DNA of 64,000 bases from Podarcis melisellensis (taxonomy: Eukaryota), in the NCBI GenBank assembly GCA_964234715.1, contig OZ174280.1. One strand, given 5' to 3'. A program made the translations under genes and the position numbers. Shown here piece by piece: positions 37,233-51,196 of the stretch; the stretch's first letter is position 1, and every line of letters starts with the position of its first letter. The notes under the pieces were generated by a model that was given only the letters and a program-made list of their open reading frames with translations, was not told where the DNA came from and did no database searches.

Positions 37233-38616
37233 ACCCTAAACTTTAAAACCCAACCAAACAGGTTTCTTTTGAAACAACTGGCATCTCTCCACCCCCTCAA
37301 TACCTGCTGGTCTTTCACTCTGTCAGATCCACTTGAGGTGGGGGGAATCACCAGCTGAATAATTACAATTTTCCGGGAGTTAATTGGACAACGTGGGCTA
37401 ACAGTTTTCATTTGAAAGCAGGATCACTTCACAAGTGTGGCTGCTGTGCTCCACAGGGTACAAGGGTGGGAGTGGGCAATGGTAAGAACCAGCAAGAAAG
37501 CATGGATGAACAACTCTACATTAAGCTTGAGATATCTGCTTGGCCATGTGTTTGTTTTCCCCCTACAACTCTGACATTTATCAGCTGGTGTTAGGCTGCA
37601 AAACAGTGGTGGGAAGACATAGCAGCAATGGCCAATCGTGGCTCCCTAACATGTGCACATATTACAATACATTTTTTAAAAATCTATTCCTTAAATTTTT
37701 AAGTACAGAAAAGTAAAGACAGAGTGCCCTGCATTGTAATGGGCATTGTGTTTCACGATGAAACACAGAAACAAGAAGCATAAAGCATAAAGGAAAATTA
37801 AGGTGAATACCACAAGCTCTTCCTCAGAACTATTTTCTATTGAAACTGCCAACAAATTCTCAATGAAAACGATCCTCAGGTTTTGAAACCATAAAGTATG
37901 TTTAAATATCCGCTGGAATGTTTTCACTTAATCAGTTTGTTGACACAGCCTCTCTCCAAGGAGTGTATCTCGAAACACTGGGAGTTGGTTAGCCAAAAGT
38001 ACAGAACTGAAGATCAAACACCAAAAAGTTATTCAAAACACACTGCTGTACGAAGTGGATTGCAATGCAATACACCATTACGAGACTGTTAGCATTGTGT
38101 CCATTTTAAGCAAAATTCAGGATCAAATCAGCCTTGATCCAGAAAAGCATGGAGGGATGCCATGCATGGAGTAAGGCCTTGAATTTTCAATCCTAGACAG
38201 TTACTTTCACAGGCTTCTTTTAAAATTCCCTGTGGTATGAGGTAGGCTAATGCTCAGGAATGTTAGAAAAGAAGAAGACTAGCTTTACATCCCTGCATAT
38301 GCCTAAAAAATGTTGGTTTAGTTTGGGGACTGCAGCCTGTAAGGTTTTGAAGGAAGGCTAAGCAGTATGTTCTTAACACAAAAGCAAGAGTCATGAAGTT
38401 TTATAAAGGCTGATTCTCTTGCAAAAGGCATACTAGTTTGGAAGGTAAGAAAATAAGCAGAATTACAAAAAGTATTATTATGGTTCAAAGGAGGTAAGCT
38501 TTCAACTGTTAGATTCGTCAACTAAAGCTTCAGTGGATTAATTAGTAGAGTCCAACTTTAAAATTAGGTGCCAAGCTATTTTTTGCGGGGCTGAGAAATA
38601 GGAATGTTTCAAAAAA

Positions 38617-38748
38617 CCTTCCTTGGAAGTTTTCAAGCAGAAGTTGGAAGGCCATCTGTCATGGATGCTTTAGTTGAGATTCCTGCATTGCAAGGAATTC
38701 AACAAAATGACACTCAAGGTCCCTTTCCAGTTCTAAGATTCTATGATT
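38617..38748 (+). mobile_element. CR1 LINE 3' end
   Basis: ccttccttggaagttttcaagcagaagttgga...attcctgcattgca...ttctaagattctatgatt terminal octamer-like repeats. Confidence 0.75.
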
Positions 38749-38904
38749 TCACCTGTTCTAAAATGATGAGGCAGTGTTTTCTATCCCTTGATAAAAAGGT
38801 GCAGACTGAGGGGGTCCACTTGCTAGTATAATTCAAGGGACCATTGGTCTGGCTGCCTCAGCAACAGGGACACATTCCCTTAGTCTAAGCAACTGCTAAC
38901 TGGA

Positions 38905-39075
38905 AGAACAAATGAAGATAAGAGCCCTGCTAGATCAGATTAAAAGCACCAGCCTGTTCCAGTCTATGGGAAACCCACAAGTCCAGATTGCAGCAACACT
39001 GTTCACAATTATGATTCCCAGCAACTGGTATAGATGAGACAGGGCTAATAGTCCTTGATAGACTGAAGCTCTGTG
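38905..39075 (-). mobile_element. degraded CR1 3' fragment
   Basis: ataagagccctgctagatcaga...gattcccagcaactggtat. Confidence 0.5.
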
Positions 39076-39630
39076 AACAATAGCATCATGAATAATGAAC
39101 AGTGGCTGTGATCAAGTGTTTAAAAAATATACTTAAGTGAAGTGTAGAGGGCTTTTTGAATGAACATTTTCACTGCTCCTAACTGGCAATTTTTGCTGAG
39201 CAAATATAACTTTATGAAATCATTAAAGTGCTAGTTGTAAACTTCACTTAATTTTGTGATACATTTGCTGCTAGTGAAATTGATATTAACAGAAAACAAA
39301 AAACTACTGTTAAACGTTCCATCTAATACCAGATAGACATGCCACCTAATAAGATAAACAAAGGTTATGACTTCAGTATCTCAGGACTTCTAATAAAATG
39401 CATATTAAAATTTTGTTCCAATGATAAATCAGTTCGTTGAAAGCCAATTATTAACCTAAATAATCCTTAACTAGTTGAGAGCTTGAACTGGGGTTTTCCT
39501 TTTCCCTCTAAAATGGAAGATAATCCTGTTTGCAGCTTTGAAGTCCAACCACAAAGAGTTTTCAGTCAGCATTATTTCAGATGTAAGAGGAAGCAGCCAG
39601 CCACAGGCTGAAATATCAGAGGTGTGTTAC

Positions 39631-39731
39631 CATTTCCATTTCTGCTCCTCTTCTTTTTTTGTTTTCTTCTTCTTCATGTCTCCTTCAGGAGGCTTCTTAT
39701 CTTTGCTCTTTATTTTCTTGGGTTTGATATC
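39631..39731 (-). CDS. TOP1: TOP1 exon 8
   Basis: ttttcag|GATATC...AAATG|gtaaca; 101 nt; DIKPKKIKSKDKKPPEGDMKKKKTKKEEEQKWK(W). Confidence 0.94.
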
Positions 39732-40300
39732 CTGAAAAGAGTTTTTTTTAAAGAGAGAGACGCTATACAGGGAGTAGTTTTACAAGATACTCTTACATTT
39801 TAAAACAAATAAATTTTGTAAGAAACCATTTGAAATTTGCTTCTCACAAAAATGGCCCTTGGTCTGAATCAAACTACTTATTCAGTTTCCTACCGATGGC
39901 AAGGAATTATAATCAATTAACATGCAGAGTGTATCATGGTATGACATAAATAAATTGACAAAGTCATATACAGGAGGCAGAGAGAAGTGGAAGGGCATTA
40001 TGTAGAGAAAAAAGGAGATGAGGACCACTTAGCCTAAGGATGGAGGAGGAGTTGCAACTTTGTGGCGAGCAGAGCCCAGCCACCAGTATGCTCTCTGCAT
40101 GAATCTAGCAAAAAATCAGGATCTCTACATGCTGATCTTAACATGTACTCTAGATCGAGACATCGTGTATTTTTTTGGTTAATGTTTTCAGATGAATGCT
40201 AAATTGGATATTCTAAGCAAAATAAAGTGTTCTTTCTCCACAGTTGTCTCCACAACCAGTTATTACCCCAGAGATCCAGAAAATATAAATTCAACCAAAC

Positions 40301-40376
40301 CTCCTCTTCTTCCTGTTTCCGCTTCTTTGATTTTTTTATATCTTCAGTTTTGATCTTCTTGGGTTTGTAGTCGACA
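40301..40376 (-). CDS. TOP1: TOP1 exon 7
   Basis: tttcag|TGTCGAC...GAGGAG|gtttgg; 76 nt; VDYKPKKIKTEDIKKSKKRKQEEEE. Confidence 0.93.
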
Positions 40377-41413
40377 CTGAAACAGATCCAACAATTGTAA
40401 ACAAATCATTTATTTCCAGTTCCGGATTTTATTACTCTCACCCTCCACACACAAATGTTGCCGCTGTGCTGCTTATAGCCTGCATTCCAAAGGCACCAAC
40501 ACCCCAATTCTTGTAGCTCAGATAAACCCTCCTGCTTGAGTTTAAGTTATACGTTTCCTGAAGCCCCTTCCGTAAGAACAGATACAGCTACTTTCCAGCG
40601 TCTGTAGACAAATGCCAGTTCTCTACCTGTGCTGCACACACACTGACACCATATTATACATGGCTGCTGCAGAATACTATCAAGAAATAAAATCTGCTAT
40701 TTTTGTATTTGACGCAAACTGTTGCCCCTCATTTGCACTGATCGCTTTTCTTCTCTTTGCTGTTGCAGGACTGGGGGAAGGGGGAGTTTAAATTCCCTTT
40801 GCAGCAGAAATGGGTTACACTAGTAGGACGACTGATGCTGGCCCTGACCCAGTGTGAATCCCAGGCACCTAGTGGTCCCAGATGGAATAGCGGGATCCAG
40901 ATGAGCACTGTGATACACACATCAGGTCCACAGTTGCTTCCGTATTAACATCTTCCTTGCAGGATCAAGGCAATTCACTATAGAAGACAGCTGGGGTTCA
41001 CAAAGCATTATTAACACTCAGTATTCATTCGGTCCTTAACATTTTGTCTTACTCATTATTCTTTTGTTTTATAAAAGCATTTGTCAGCTACCTTTCAAAA
41101 GATCAAGGCCGCTTACATAAAATGAAAACAAACAAAAAACTACGCTATTAGAAAAAAAGGTAAACCCCCCAGAATGTGGTCCTCCCTCAAGGGTAATTAA
41201 AAGCATTCACTTTTCACTGAGTGGCATGATGATGTCTGAATGACAACTGATATCTGGAATGGGCAAAAGAACTTAAGCCCTTAAATCCATTGATTTCAAT
41301 GGGTCTACTCTGAGTTATGACTTAGCAAGTTACTATAGTTGCTTCCTATAGACAGATCCAAATGTTCCATTATTCCCACTTTTCACTGTAGGTAATGTTC
41401 CCAAGCTACTCAC

Positions 41414-41500
41414 TCATCATCCTCTCGGGGTCTCTTTAGTGGCTTATAGTCTTCTTTGTAGTAGCCATCATCATCCATTTCTTCCTTAATACGAGGTGGG
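41414..41500 (-). CDS. TOP1: TOP1 exon 6
   Basis: ctctag|CCCACC...GATGA|gtgagt; 87 nt; PPRIKEEMDDDGYYKEDYKPLKRPREDD(D). Confidence 0.93.
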
Positions 41501-43497
41501 CTAGAGAGAAAAGGAAATGAGTTATTTAGTCAAGAACATGACTACTAAGCTTCGGCTTGTAGCCTGACTTCACCTACCACTTCAACCCACGCAAGGAGAA
41601 CTCTCTCATTATCCCTGCCATATTTAGAGTTGAACAGGATGTGTGACTTTCATATAGCTTCAGCTAAACTGAAAATGTAATACCATATTGCAGGGCTGGT
41701 GGGGTTCTGCCCCACCAAACCCCTCCAGATATTGGTGTCAGCAAAAAAAAAAAAATTAAAATAAACATGCTGGAAAGTAGATCCCAACACCCTGGTGGGG
41801 ATACAAATAACTCCCCGCTTCTTAGCTGATCTGTGTATGGTTTCCTCCAAACTCTCCCCCATGACACCCTACTAGGTTTCTATATTCCTCCAGCTGTACC
41901 ATTTTGGGAAGCTCCGATTTAAATTAAGGCTGCATAGAAAAATGAGAAAAAAATCCTACAACAATGGGACAATGGATTACAAACCCTGAACACAAACTTG
42001 TAGATGTTAGCAAGTATTAAGTGTTAAAGATGTGTCAGATTCAAACTACTTGATTGTTTTTTAGTTACAACAATTCAAGTTTTAAAATTGTTTTAATAAA
42101 TCTACTCTCCCCGAAATATCCACACACTGGATATTGGGATATTCCGTAATATAAATTACTAGTTCTATTTTGTTTTACCTACAGGTATGCATGGCATTTT
42201 TGTACGGTGTGGGGGGGGGTATTCATATTTAAAGAGAATCTGTGGCTTGCCCTTCCAGTGAAAACCATGGTGGGTCAAAGCATATAAAACGATGTAACAA
42301 AAAGTGGCTGTGTTCAAACATCACAATGACCCAGACTTATGGTTTATCAGGAATGAGCAGCATGCTAATGCACGCTGCCTGATCTCACAGCTGGAAAAAC
42401 TCAGCAGCGCTGGAAGATACACCTCTACAGTTACTGGGAACAAATGCATGCTGCTAAAGGAGCCATTTTGATGGAAGTCACTTTACAAAGCTACTCAGAC
42501 CACATTTCAGCCACTGAAAGCTAATTTATTGAGCTGACTCTAAAAACACATTTTTTCCAAAGGCAAAAATTCTGCAGCTATTTCGCAATGAAGACTGCAT
42601 TCCGTGGAATACAAAAGATCTTAGAGCTGCAGTCTGCTTGGATGTTTCAGTGCAGTGCAAACTCCACAAAACCCAAAACACTGCAAGCAATGAGGTCACC
42701 TTCTGCAGTGCCATCTCTCTTCTAAAAAGATGTAGCCTGATCTGCTTTCCACTTCAAATATCTAACACAGATAAGATCAGCTGGTAATACAAGACAGCAG
42801 AGTAAAATACTTGTGCAAGGAATGCTAGTATTTTAAAGTACAAAGGCACTGCAGATTTTAAAGGCTGTGTTTTAAATCAATCCAGCATCGTGCATCAAAA
42901 TGCAGGAGATTGCTGGAAACAGGCTGCACGATAGTGGAAAAGTCTGGTGTCAGTTCCACGAGGTATTTATGCTGAGCATAACTGCTGCTGGCTTTTTGAC
43001 AAGCGGGTTTTACATTCTTAAGACTGCAGTTCCTAGAAATACCAAGAGGGGTCCTTACTTTCTTCTACTGTGAATCAAGCAGTTTATATATGCTTGAATA
43101 CTGTTTTAGAAACAGTGCACAGGAGGAACAACTTTAGTTTGATCCTAAATTCCCAGTTCTTCTACCGAGGGTTTGATATTGATAGGGAACAACTTTAAAA
43201 GTCTATGTTATTTTAGAGTCTTTATCAGGGACAAGAAGGTTCTATTTCTACATTGAATTAAAAAAGAGAAGTGCATAAGAGAATCCTTTACAATCTTATT
43301 CCTGTCCATATAGCTGTACTGGTTTTTAATACAAAAAAGATTCCCCATCTTTGGTTTTAGGTTTTCTTTATGCCAACAGAAAAGAGGATCCCAGAAGTCG
43401 CAGGGATCCCACTGAAAGAAATTCCACTCATCTTCTGGGTACAAGTCAAAACTAAAAATCTAACAGTCGTCTTCACACAAGGCTCCCAGCTGCATAC

Positions 43498-43553
43498 CTG
43501 GAGAAGCCATTTTCTTTTTCCTTCTTTATTTTCACTTCACCAGATGATTTACT
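43498..43553 (-). CDS. TOP1: TOP1 exon 5
   Basis: ttttcag|AGTAAA...CTCCAG|gtatgc; 56 nt; SKSSGEVKIKKEKENGFS(S). Confidence 0.95.
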
Positions 43554-44285
43554 CTGAAAACAGAAGTGAGAGCTGGTTAGTAAGCTATAAAAAGCACTGT
43601 CATATCTTCCCTGTGCATTCAAATGTAACTGACAAAAGACCCTTGTACCAGGAGCAAGTGCACCTCCAGCTATTCCTCAGAAACGCTTTCAGCATTATTG
43701 GATCCGGCCAATCCCAAATACGTGCTCTGTCCTGCTGTTTTCCTATCTATCTAGATGTTCTCCCGAAGTTTTTCCTTTTGTCTGGCCACAACTGCAGAAT
43801 TTGCTATCAACTCCTTAGCTTATTGTTACACTGCATAATTATGCGCTTTGCCCAAACATGAACAGATGGGGTAGGAAAATTATCAAGGTACTGTCTGTCC
43901 CTCTTCTGTCTGTCAAGGCTGGGCTAAGGTGTGCACCTGCATCGGTGCAATGTTTGTAATATCCTGCATCAAGTTACCTACAGAATCCCTCCTCATGTAG
44001 AACACAACATGTGCTGAAATTCGGCCTGTAGCTGCTATGAAGTTTAACATGACTTTTATTATGACAAGTTTACAACAGCCATTTAAGCTGACGCACAGTG
44101 ATGTCATCTAACACCTAATGCCACAGCTCCTATACTCATAGCCTTGAGTTTCTGCTGAAACTGTACGTGGGATTTGACTTGCAAAACAGCTTAAAAATGT
44201 CAAAAATGTGAAGCTGCTCGTGTCTTTATTCACAACACAAGCCCAGTCCAAAACAGTGCCATTCAGCCCCACCACCATCCTGTAC

Positions 44286-44421
44286 CTTTTCTTCCTTTCG
44301 TTTCTCCTTGTCTCTATCTTTGTGTTTGTCTTTGTGTTTGTCGTGTTTCTCTGAACTGCCATCTTTGTGTTTGGTTTTCTCCTTCTCTTTGTGTTTCTTC
44401 TCCGAGGAATCTTTGTGCTCA
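44286..44421 (-). CDS. TOP1: TOP1 exon 4
   Basis: ttccag|TGAGCAC...GAAAAG|gtacag; 136 nt; EHKDSSEKKHKEKEKTKHKDGSSEKHDKHKDKHKDRDKEKRKEEK. Confidence 0.95.
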
Positions 44422-45105
44422 CTGGAAGATACAAGAGTCAGTTGGGACAGGATCGGTAGCAACGACCAAGCGGATTGACACGCCAAGCCCTAGAAAGTTT
44501 TCTATTAATATGAAGAATCACATAACTGTAGCAATAAGGAACATAGTAAAGTCAAGATGCCTCGGGGACACCACAGACTAATGCATTTTCGCCTGAAGGA
44601 GTTTCAACAATATATGTGCACTGTTTAGTACACCTTAAGCCCAGTACTAACATCTTGGCATTTATGCTTTTAACAGCAGACATTAACTGGAACCTTCAGT
44701 GGATTTGTTCCCCTACTGAGACAGGGGTAAAAAGAAGACAAACCCTGCAGTTATAACACCAAACATCATATTTATGGCTCATATTGGTATTGATAAATTT
44801 ATTAGACGAAAGAAACAGAGGCATACAGCATTTAAGCAATGGGCTGTGGTTCACTCAATTCAGTCACTAGAAGAGCCAGAAACTGAGTTCAGGAGTTCTT
44901 TCATGTCTAGTTACATTCTCCTCCTGTTAGTGCATTTTAGAAACCAATGATACTTGTGCCATATGACCTTCGCCAAGCCTCACTTCTTCCCTCTCCCCAC
45001 CAGTGGCCTGTTTCACTTATGAGGGAGAGAGCAAATGGAACGTATGTTAAAGCTAAAAAAAATGATGGGTTTTCATTACATCAGAAAGAAAATGGTATGT
45101 CTCTA

Positions 45106-45345
45106 CAGTCATACCTCGGGATAAATACGCTTCAGGTTGAGCGCTTTCAGGTTGCACTCTGCGGCGACCCAGAAGTAACATAGTGCGTTACTTCCGGGTT
45201 TCGCCGCTTGCACAGACAGTCAAAATGACGTCACACGCATGTACGGAAGCGGCGAAACGAGACCCACGCAGATGTGTCTTATGTTCTATTCGGGATGCGA
45301 ACGGGGCTCCCGAACGGATCCTGTTCGCATCCTGAGGTACCACTG
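45106..45345 (+). mobile_element. Tc1/mariner MITE (TOP1 intron 3)
   Basis: TA|cagtcatacctcggg...cctgaggtaccactg|TA. Confidence 0.85.
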
Positions 45346-48300
45346 TAATTCTATTCTAATGCCAAAATCAAAACAAAACCCAGTCTCTTTAGAAAGTGGT
45401 CCATTTCCCAATTAACTATTCAGTGGCTGCTTAGACCACAATAATCAGAATTAAACTTGTAGATTACAGAGATGAATTGTTGAAAAACCCTTAACAATGT
45501 GGTATATCCTGCCAGGGAAAGATTTAAGGCTCATGTGTGATTATATTATATCCAGGCACATGATAAAGAAAGCAGCTCTTAGAGAACTCCAACACTGCAT
45601 TTTGAGAAGTCAACTGCAGCCTTCTCCTATTACACTCATTAGGTTTCCTTACTTCATTATTCTGACCCTCTTGCCCCTCAATGACTCTGCAAGCTAAGTA
45701 CTCTGGATTCCCCTTTCATTCCTCCCACTTGCTAGTGCCACTCTATTTCTTATGGTTTGATTCTCAGCTCCCACAAGCCCTTCCAATGTGACTTACTGCT
45801 TCTTGAATCTGGAAAATTCTCCGTCCCTAATGTAGAGACACATACCACAATGAAGTCAAATAAGCAACTATATTTATTGCATTTTTATTCTGCCCATATC
45901 CTAATAGTATTTTAAAAGTACTTTTTCTTGGTTTTAATGAATGTATGGTATAGTTTGTTTTTTGTAAAGTTCATTTAAGTTACCTGCGACAAGAAAAAGT
46001 ATCTAATAAACTTAAATAACAACAACAATATAGAACAAGCGCACGTGCTACCTCCCCCATATTTCAGTTCACTACCACTCTGAAAAGGTTAGACTAAGCG
46101 ATAGTGATCGCCTATGCTCATCAAATTAACTTCATGACCAAGTGGAGTTTTGAAGCTGGCTCTCCCCAGGTCTGGTTAAACACTATATAATACCAGCCTT
46201 CATTGTCATATACCTTCTCCAAATGCCCATAAAACATTTAGTCCTTTTAAAAATGGGATGCAATTTCTTTGGATTTTTGAGATACTTCATCATTTAAGTA
46301 TTTAAGACAAGAACCACTACATATAAAGAAATCATATTTACCAAATACAAAAAGATGGAATTTCTAATAAAATCTTCTGTTCCCCACAGTGGCCAACCTT
46401 TTTTGGTCCACATAATTTATTTCAACAATCCAACTTTCATAAAATGGAAAGCCCACTTGTTACAACATCTAACAAACTTAAACTGGCTAACAGTATTTTT
46501 ATTTCACTTTTGTTTTATGCAGTTGTGATCTCCCCCCCTTCATGAAAATGATGCTGAAAAGGTTAAGTTACATAACTTCATATCTAATAATCAGGTCTGA
46601 CTTTTGCTGTCTGTTTGCCTGTTGCAAAGCAAGCAGATGCTGAATTAGGAATGCTTAAATGTCATCCGCTCCTTGCTTGGAGAACAAAGAATATACTTCT
46701 TTCTACCCATTCATGGTTTATTGTCTTGAGAAACTTGGGTTCCCAACCTCTATCGCTTCAAAAGAGAAAATAGGAAAGAGAAAAAGAAAAAGGGGAAATG
46801 TACAGGTGCTGTAAAGAATTAAGAGAGGATCAATACTAGCCTGGCTAAGTATGCTAGGTTATTAACCAATGTTAAGCCAGAGTTGTATGATGTAGTTTGG
46901 GTACAACCGGGAATAGGTTTAATGAAGTCAGGATTGTTGCACTGAACAGAGTGTTTGATAGTGAAAAGGGAAGAGACCTCTTAAAACCATGGTTGATAAA
47001 ACAATGGATAATCATCAAAACCTGGCCACTATGATGGAGGTTAATTGCTACTATGATGTGCTCCAACAGACATGGACACCAGCAAAAAGTAAGAGTTTTT
47101 AATTGCAGGAACACAACAAATTTTTAGCCAGCTTTTAGTCATGGCACATTAAAGATTCTTCACATTTTTCTACTGCAAAAACATCCTCTGATCTTTTTTT
47201 CATTACTTCTACCTGGTGTATTAAATACAACTGACACGAATTCTTGTCACCTGCAGCACTACAATCAGTTTCCCTACTTCAGTCACAAACACATGCACCC
47301 CACAGATATACAAATTGACAAGTAAAAAAGACAGATACAGTAAGAACTTTCCTGGTAACAAATACCTATTTAGAGAACATACACGTATGAAATGTCACCA
47401 CAAGCAAACTTCTCAACAGGGGAAAAAAAGAGAGATTTAATTTGCATGACAGCAGAAAATAGGAAAAAACCACCAACAAATGGTATGCGCCTCTGAAGAA
47501 AAAACTCACAGACCAGTGCAGCTTCTAATAAATGAACGTAAGCAAATGTGTCATTTAACTTAATATCGTTTTGTAATCAGACAAGAACTATTTGGAGCAC
47601 CTCACATCAAGACATAAGCCTTCATTTTAAATGCCTGTTTGTTATGAATAAGATTGGTAAACTAGCTTATGTGCCAAAATAAAAAGATTGCCATCCTGTG
47701 AAAGAGAGAACATAATTCCCCCCATTTGACAGGTGGGAAATGGATGATATGGGGATGGCAACCTGGATCATACGTCAGCCTGAGATCAGGCAATACAATT
47801 GACTCAAATCTACACTGCAGTCCAGTCCTTACTTTAAAAAGCATGTTCAGCATGTGCAAACAATCTCCTGCTGGCACAGACAAAAACTGTTCACCTAACA
47901 ACTAATAAGGTGGTGTTTTGCTGCCTGAGGCAAAAAGCCCTCGTTCTACATACAGAAGCCAAGGAGATTGGCAGCTGGATCTATCAGTGGTAATAGGCCA
48001 GTGTATTCCATGGCTCTTGAGGGCAACGTGCTAATTGAGAGGATTCAGGACAGGCTGTTGGCACAAACAGCTCTATCCTCCAATACAGGGGAATGTTGTC
48101 CCTCAGCATCTACACACGAAGCAGCAACCCCACTCTGCCTAATGGTAGGGCCAGCCCTGCCTCTCCTGTGCAAGCTCTGGAATTCCTTCTTCTACCAAGG
48201 TTCAGAACAAGTAGGGAAGCTTGCAGGGCAAATTACCGTACAAAATGTTACTTTGGCCTTTTTCCAAGAAGAGAACACTGCAGCTGCATTCATTGCTTAA

Positions 48301-48380
48301 TTCTCAACCTGGCCAACAGGCACAGACTACCATTTCGGAAAGCTTACCTTCTCTAGTAGGCAAAGCAACTGGTCCTAGTG

Positions 48381-48516
48381 CAGGCTTCCTCAAACTCAGC
48401 CCTCCAGATGTTTTTGGCCTACAACTCCCATGATCCCTAGCTAGCAGGACCAGTAGTCAGGGATGATGAGAATTGTAGTCTCAAAACATCTGGAGGGCAG
48501 AGGTTGGGGAAGCCTG
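48381..48516. mobile_element. hAT-like palindromic MITE
   Basis: TIR caggcttcctcaaact...aggttggggaagcctg; 8-bp TSD tcctagtg/ccctagtg. Confidence 0.85.
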
Positions 48517-49768
48517 CCCTAGTGTAACATAGTTATCTTCCCAGCAGTGTGTAGGACAGCAGTGTGTTGCAGCTACTTTTACTCCTCAGCCTAGGGTAAG
48601 ATGATAATGAATGGTTAGTTGCTTACTGACAGCCTCTCCTTCAGCTAGATCATAGTAAAGGACACTTTGCTCCCTTCAAACATCAGCTCACAGCTTGCCA
48701 CCGAAAGCTGCATTACGTAGCTTCCCCTCTGAATCATGAAGGATGGATCAAGTCTATGCACAAATCTGGTTTAGAGACTGTTGCATGAATCAGTCTTCAC
48801 TCATAGCTGAGCTGGGATCACAACTTTTATTATTTTATATTTATATCCCACCTTTCCTCCAAGTTGTTCAAGGCAGCATACCTGGTCTCCCCTCCTTCAT
48901 TTTATCCTCGAAACAACTCTATAAGGGCCTTAATAGTCTAATGTCTAATGACGTGGTTTTTAAGTGTTGTCTACAGAATTCTTATTCCGACAGAGTGCAT
49001 AAAACAACATGCAACTGGTGTAAAGACTGAAAATTTGAGGTGGTTCTTTATTAGAGGTGGTTCTTTTTGCAGGGAGGCACTACTCCATTCTGTGGTCCAC
49101 CAAAGTGGAGGACTCAGATTCAGCACAGGAATCTGAAAGGTTCTTTTGGCCAATTATGTATGGAGAAGCATGGTAGAGCTAGAAAACGATATTTTTGCTA
49201 CTGTGAAGTGTTTTACTCAGTGTTTGAATCTGTTTCTGCTCCATGTTCCTTGTTTTCATAAAAGCTTTTGATTTGATTCACAGGAAGCAAAGTATTTTGA
49301 TGATTTATTCTGAGATGTACTTAAAAAAAACCTCTGCAAAAAGCACTTTACTTTATTAGTAGATTGATGCACAGCTATTCCTTCAGGAAGTGTTTCCTTC
49401 AAGTAGGCATCACTGTACTCTCTGGAAATTGCTCACAACATTAATGGCATTGCTAGAGTTAAGACGTAGCTTCTTGTTTGGAGATGAACTAAACAAAAAA
49501 AACTGCACTGAATATGACATAGCAAGCCACTCTGAGCCTAATCCTTGTGGCACTTATGTATTGTACTGATTCAAATAAATACATTTATTTCTTATTTATT
49601 ATCTTGAACCAGCACAGGACTTTCAGCAAGCTATATAAAGAACCATATAGACTGTAATAAACCAAAACTGATTACAATAGTTACAGGCCCTAGATAAAAT
49701 ACCAGCTAAAATTCTTTCTCCAAGTTAACACCCCCACCAGCACTCCAATGAGCTGAATTATATTACAG

Positions 49769-50146
49769 AATGTGGGTGGCGTTGTGGTCTAAACCACTGA
49801 GCCTCCTGGGCTTGCTGATCAGAAGGTCGGCGGTTCGAATCCCTGCGGCGGAGTGAGCTCCTATTGCTCTGCCCCAGCTCCTGCCAACTTAGCAGTTCGA
49901 AAGCACACCAATGCAAGTAGCTAAATAGGTACCACTAAGACAGCAAGGTAAATGGCTTTTCCATGCACTCTGGTTTCTGTCACGGTGTTCTGTTGCACCA
50001 GAAGCGGTTTACTCATGCTGGCCACATGACCTGGAAAGCTGTCTGTGGACAAACACCAGCTTCCTTGGCCTGAAAGCAAGATGAGCACCGCACACCGGTC
50101 ACCTTTGACTGGACTTAACTATCCAGGGGTCCTTTACCTTTTTACC
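49769..50146 (+). mobile_element. Sauria SINE (second subfamily), antisense to TOP1
   Basis: gggtggcgttgtggtctaaacc head with B-box ggttcgaatcc; tail ggggtcctttacctttttacc. Confidence 0.9.
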
Positions 50147-50148
50147 TA

Positions 50149-50503
50149 CAGGTAACTCTCAACTTACACATATTATACTTATGCTTTGTGCAGTGGTGTG
50201 TGTGTGTGTTAGATAAATAAATAAATAAATAAATGGAATGCAGAGGAAACCCACCATTCCCTCTGCTCCCTATTTATTTATTCTTCCCTGGCCACCTGTG
50301 CACAGCTACAATTGCAGGCTTACAAGATTTTGGGGAAGCAGTGGAAGGGCTCTGGGACGCTGCGAGATCCCTTGCACTGCCTTCACAAAGCAGAGTAAGC
50401 AGCCCTATACCTCACAGGAGGGGGTTGTTCCCGGCTTCATACGTTTCTGTGTTTATGCGTGGACTCCCAGAACTGAAATCTCGAGTAAGATGTGAGTTAC
50501 CTG
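50149..50503. mobile_element. Tc1/mariner-type non-autonomous element
   Basis: TA|caggtaactctcaacttac ... gtaagatgtgagttacctg (19-bp TIR, 2 mismatches). Confidence 0.65.
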
Positions 50504-51136
50504 AATATCATGTCCTGCAACTTTATACTCTCTACTAAGAAGCCCTACATTTTTGCTACATTTACTTTGTACACCAGCCTGCTTTCCAAGTTGCCTCTGA
50601 GTCGAAAGATATTGTATGTTGGATCCAATATGCTGGATTTAAAAGCATGAAGATTAATCCAGAAACAATAATAAATTCAAGTAAACTTGAATGTAGGCTG
50701 GGCTCCTTTGGGAGGAAGGTTGCAGTATAATTGTAATAAATAAATTTTGCTCCCTTAATGGAATAACTTTTTAAGTATGAAAACAGCTATAGTACCAAGG
50801 CGATCCCCACCCCACCAAAACTTCAATATGGCTAGCCCAAACACTCTGGTTTGCCCCTGATCATCTCTTACACATCACCTTATGCAGGCCTAAACCATTC
50901 TACAGGAATTAGGCCTGTTCCTTTGGCCAGTTTTTCCACTTCCTGGATCATATTAGGTGTATTTCAGCAACCTGCCTCCCTAACATGGGTGTATGCTACA
51001 GAATTCTATGTAAGCAGAGACACTGCTTGAGCACTGGAAGATTTGCTGCCGAGCCAAGCTTGAGGTTTTACTATTAGTATATAAAGCCTTTTATTTATAC
51101 AGGTTCTAGTAATTCAACTCCTGACATACAAGTTCT

Positions 51137-51138
<2 letters not shown>

Positions 51139-51195
<57 letters not shown>
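51139..51195. repeat. (CT)n microsatellite
   Basis: Uninterrupted tc repeat. Confidence 0.97.

Positions 51196-51196
<1 letters not shown>

Noticed and set aside
41226-41250. atgatga...ctga C/D-box-like motifs
   Set aside because: Only about 25 nt apart and antisense to the host gene.
41650-41990. Possible degraded L1/Tx1 ORF2 C-terminal fragment
   Set aside because: Similarity too weak to support by eye.
43370-43861. 163-aa plus-strand ORF antisense to exon 5
   Set aside because: No recognisable homology or splice context; likely chance.
22270-50146. Inverted Sauria SINE pair in introns 17 and 3 as a circRNA driver
   Set aside because: About 27 kb apart and from different subfamilies; pairing is too speculative.
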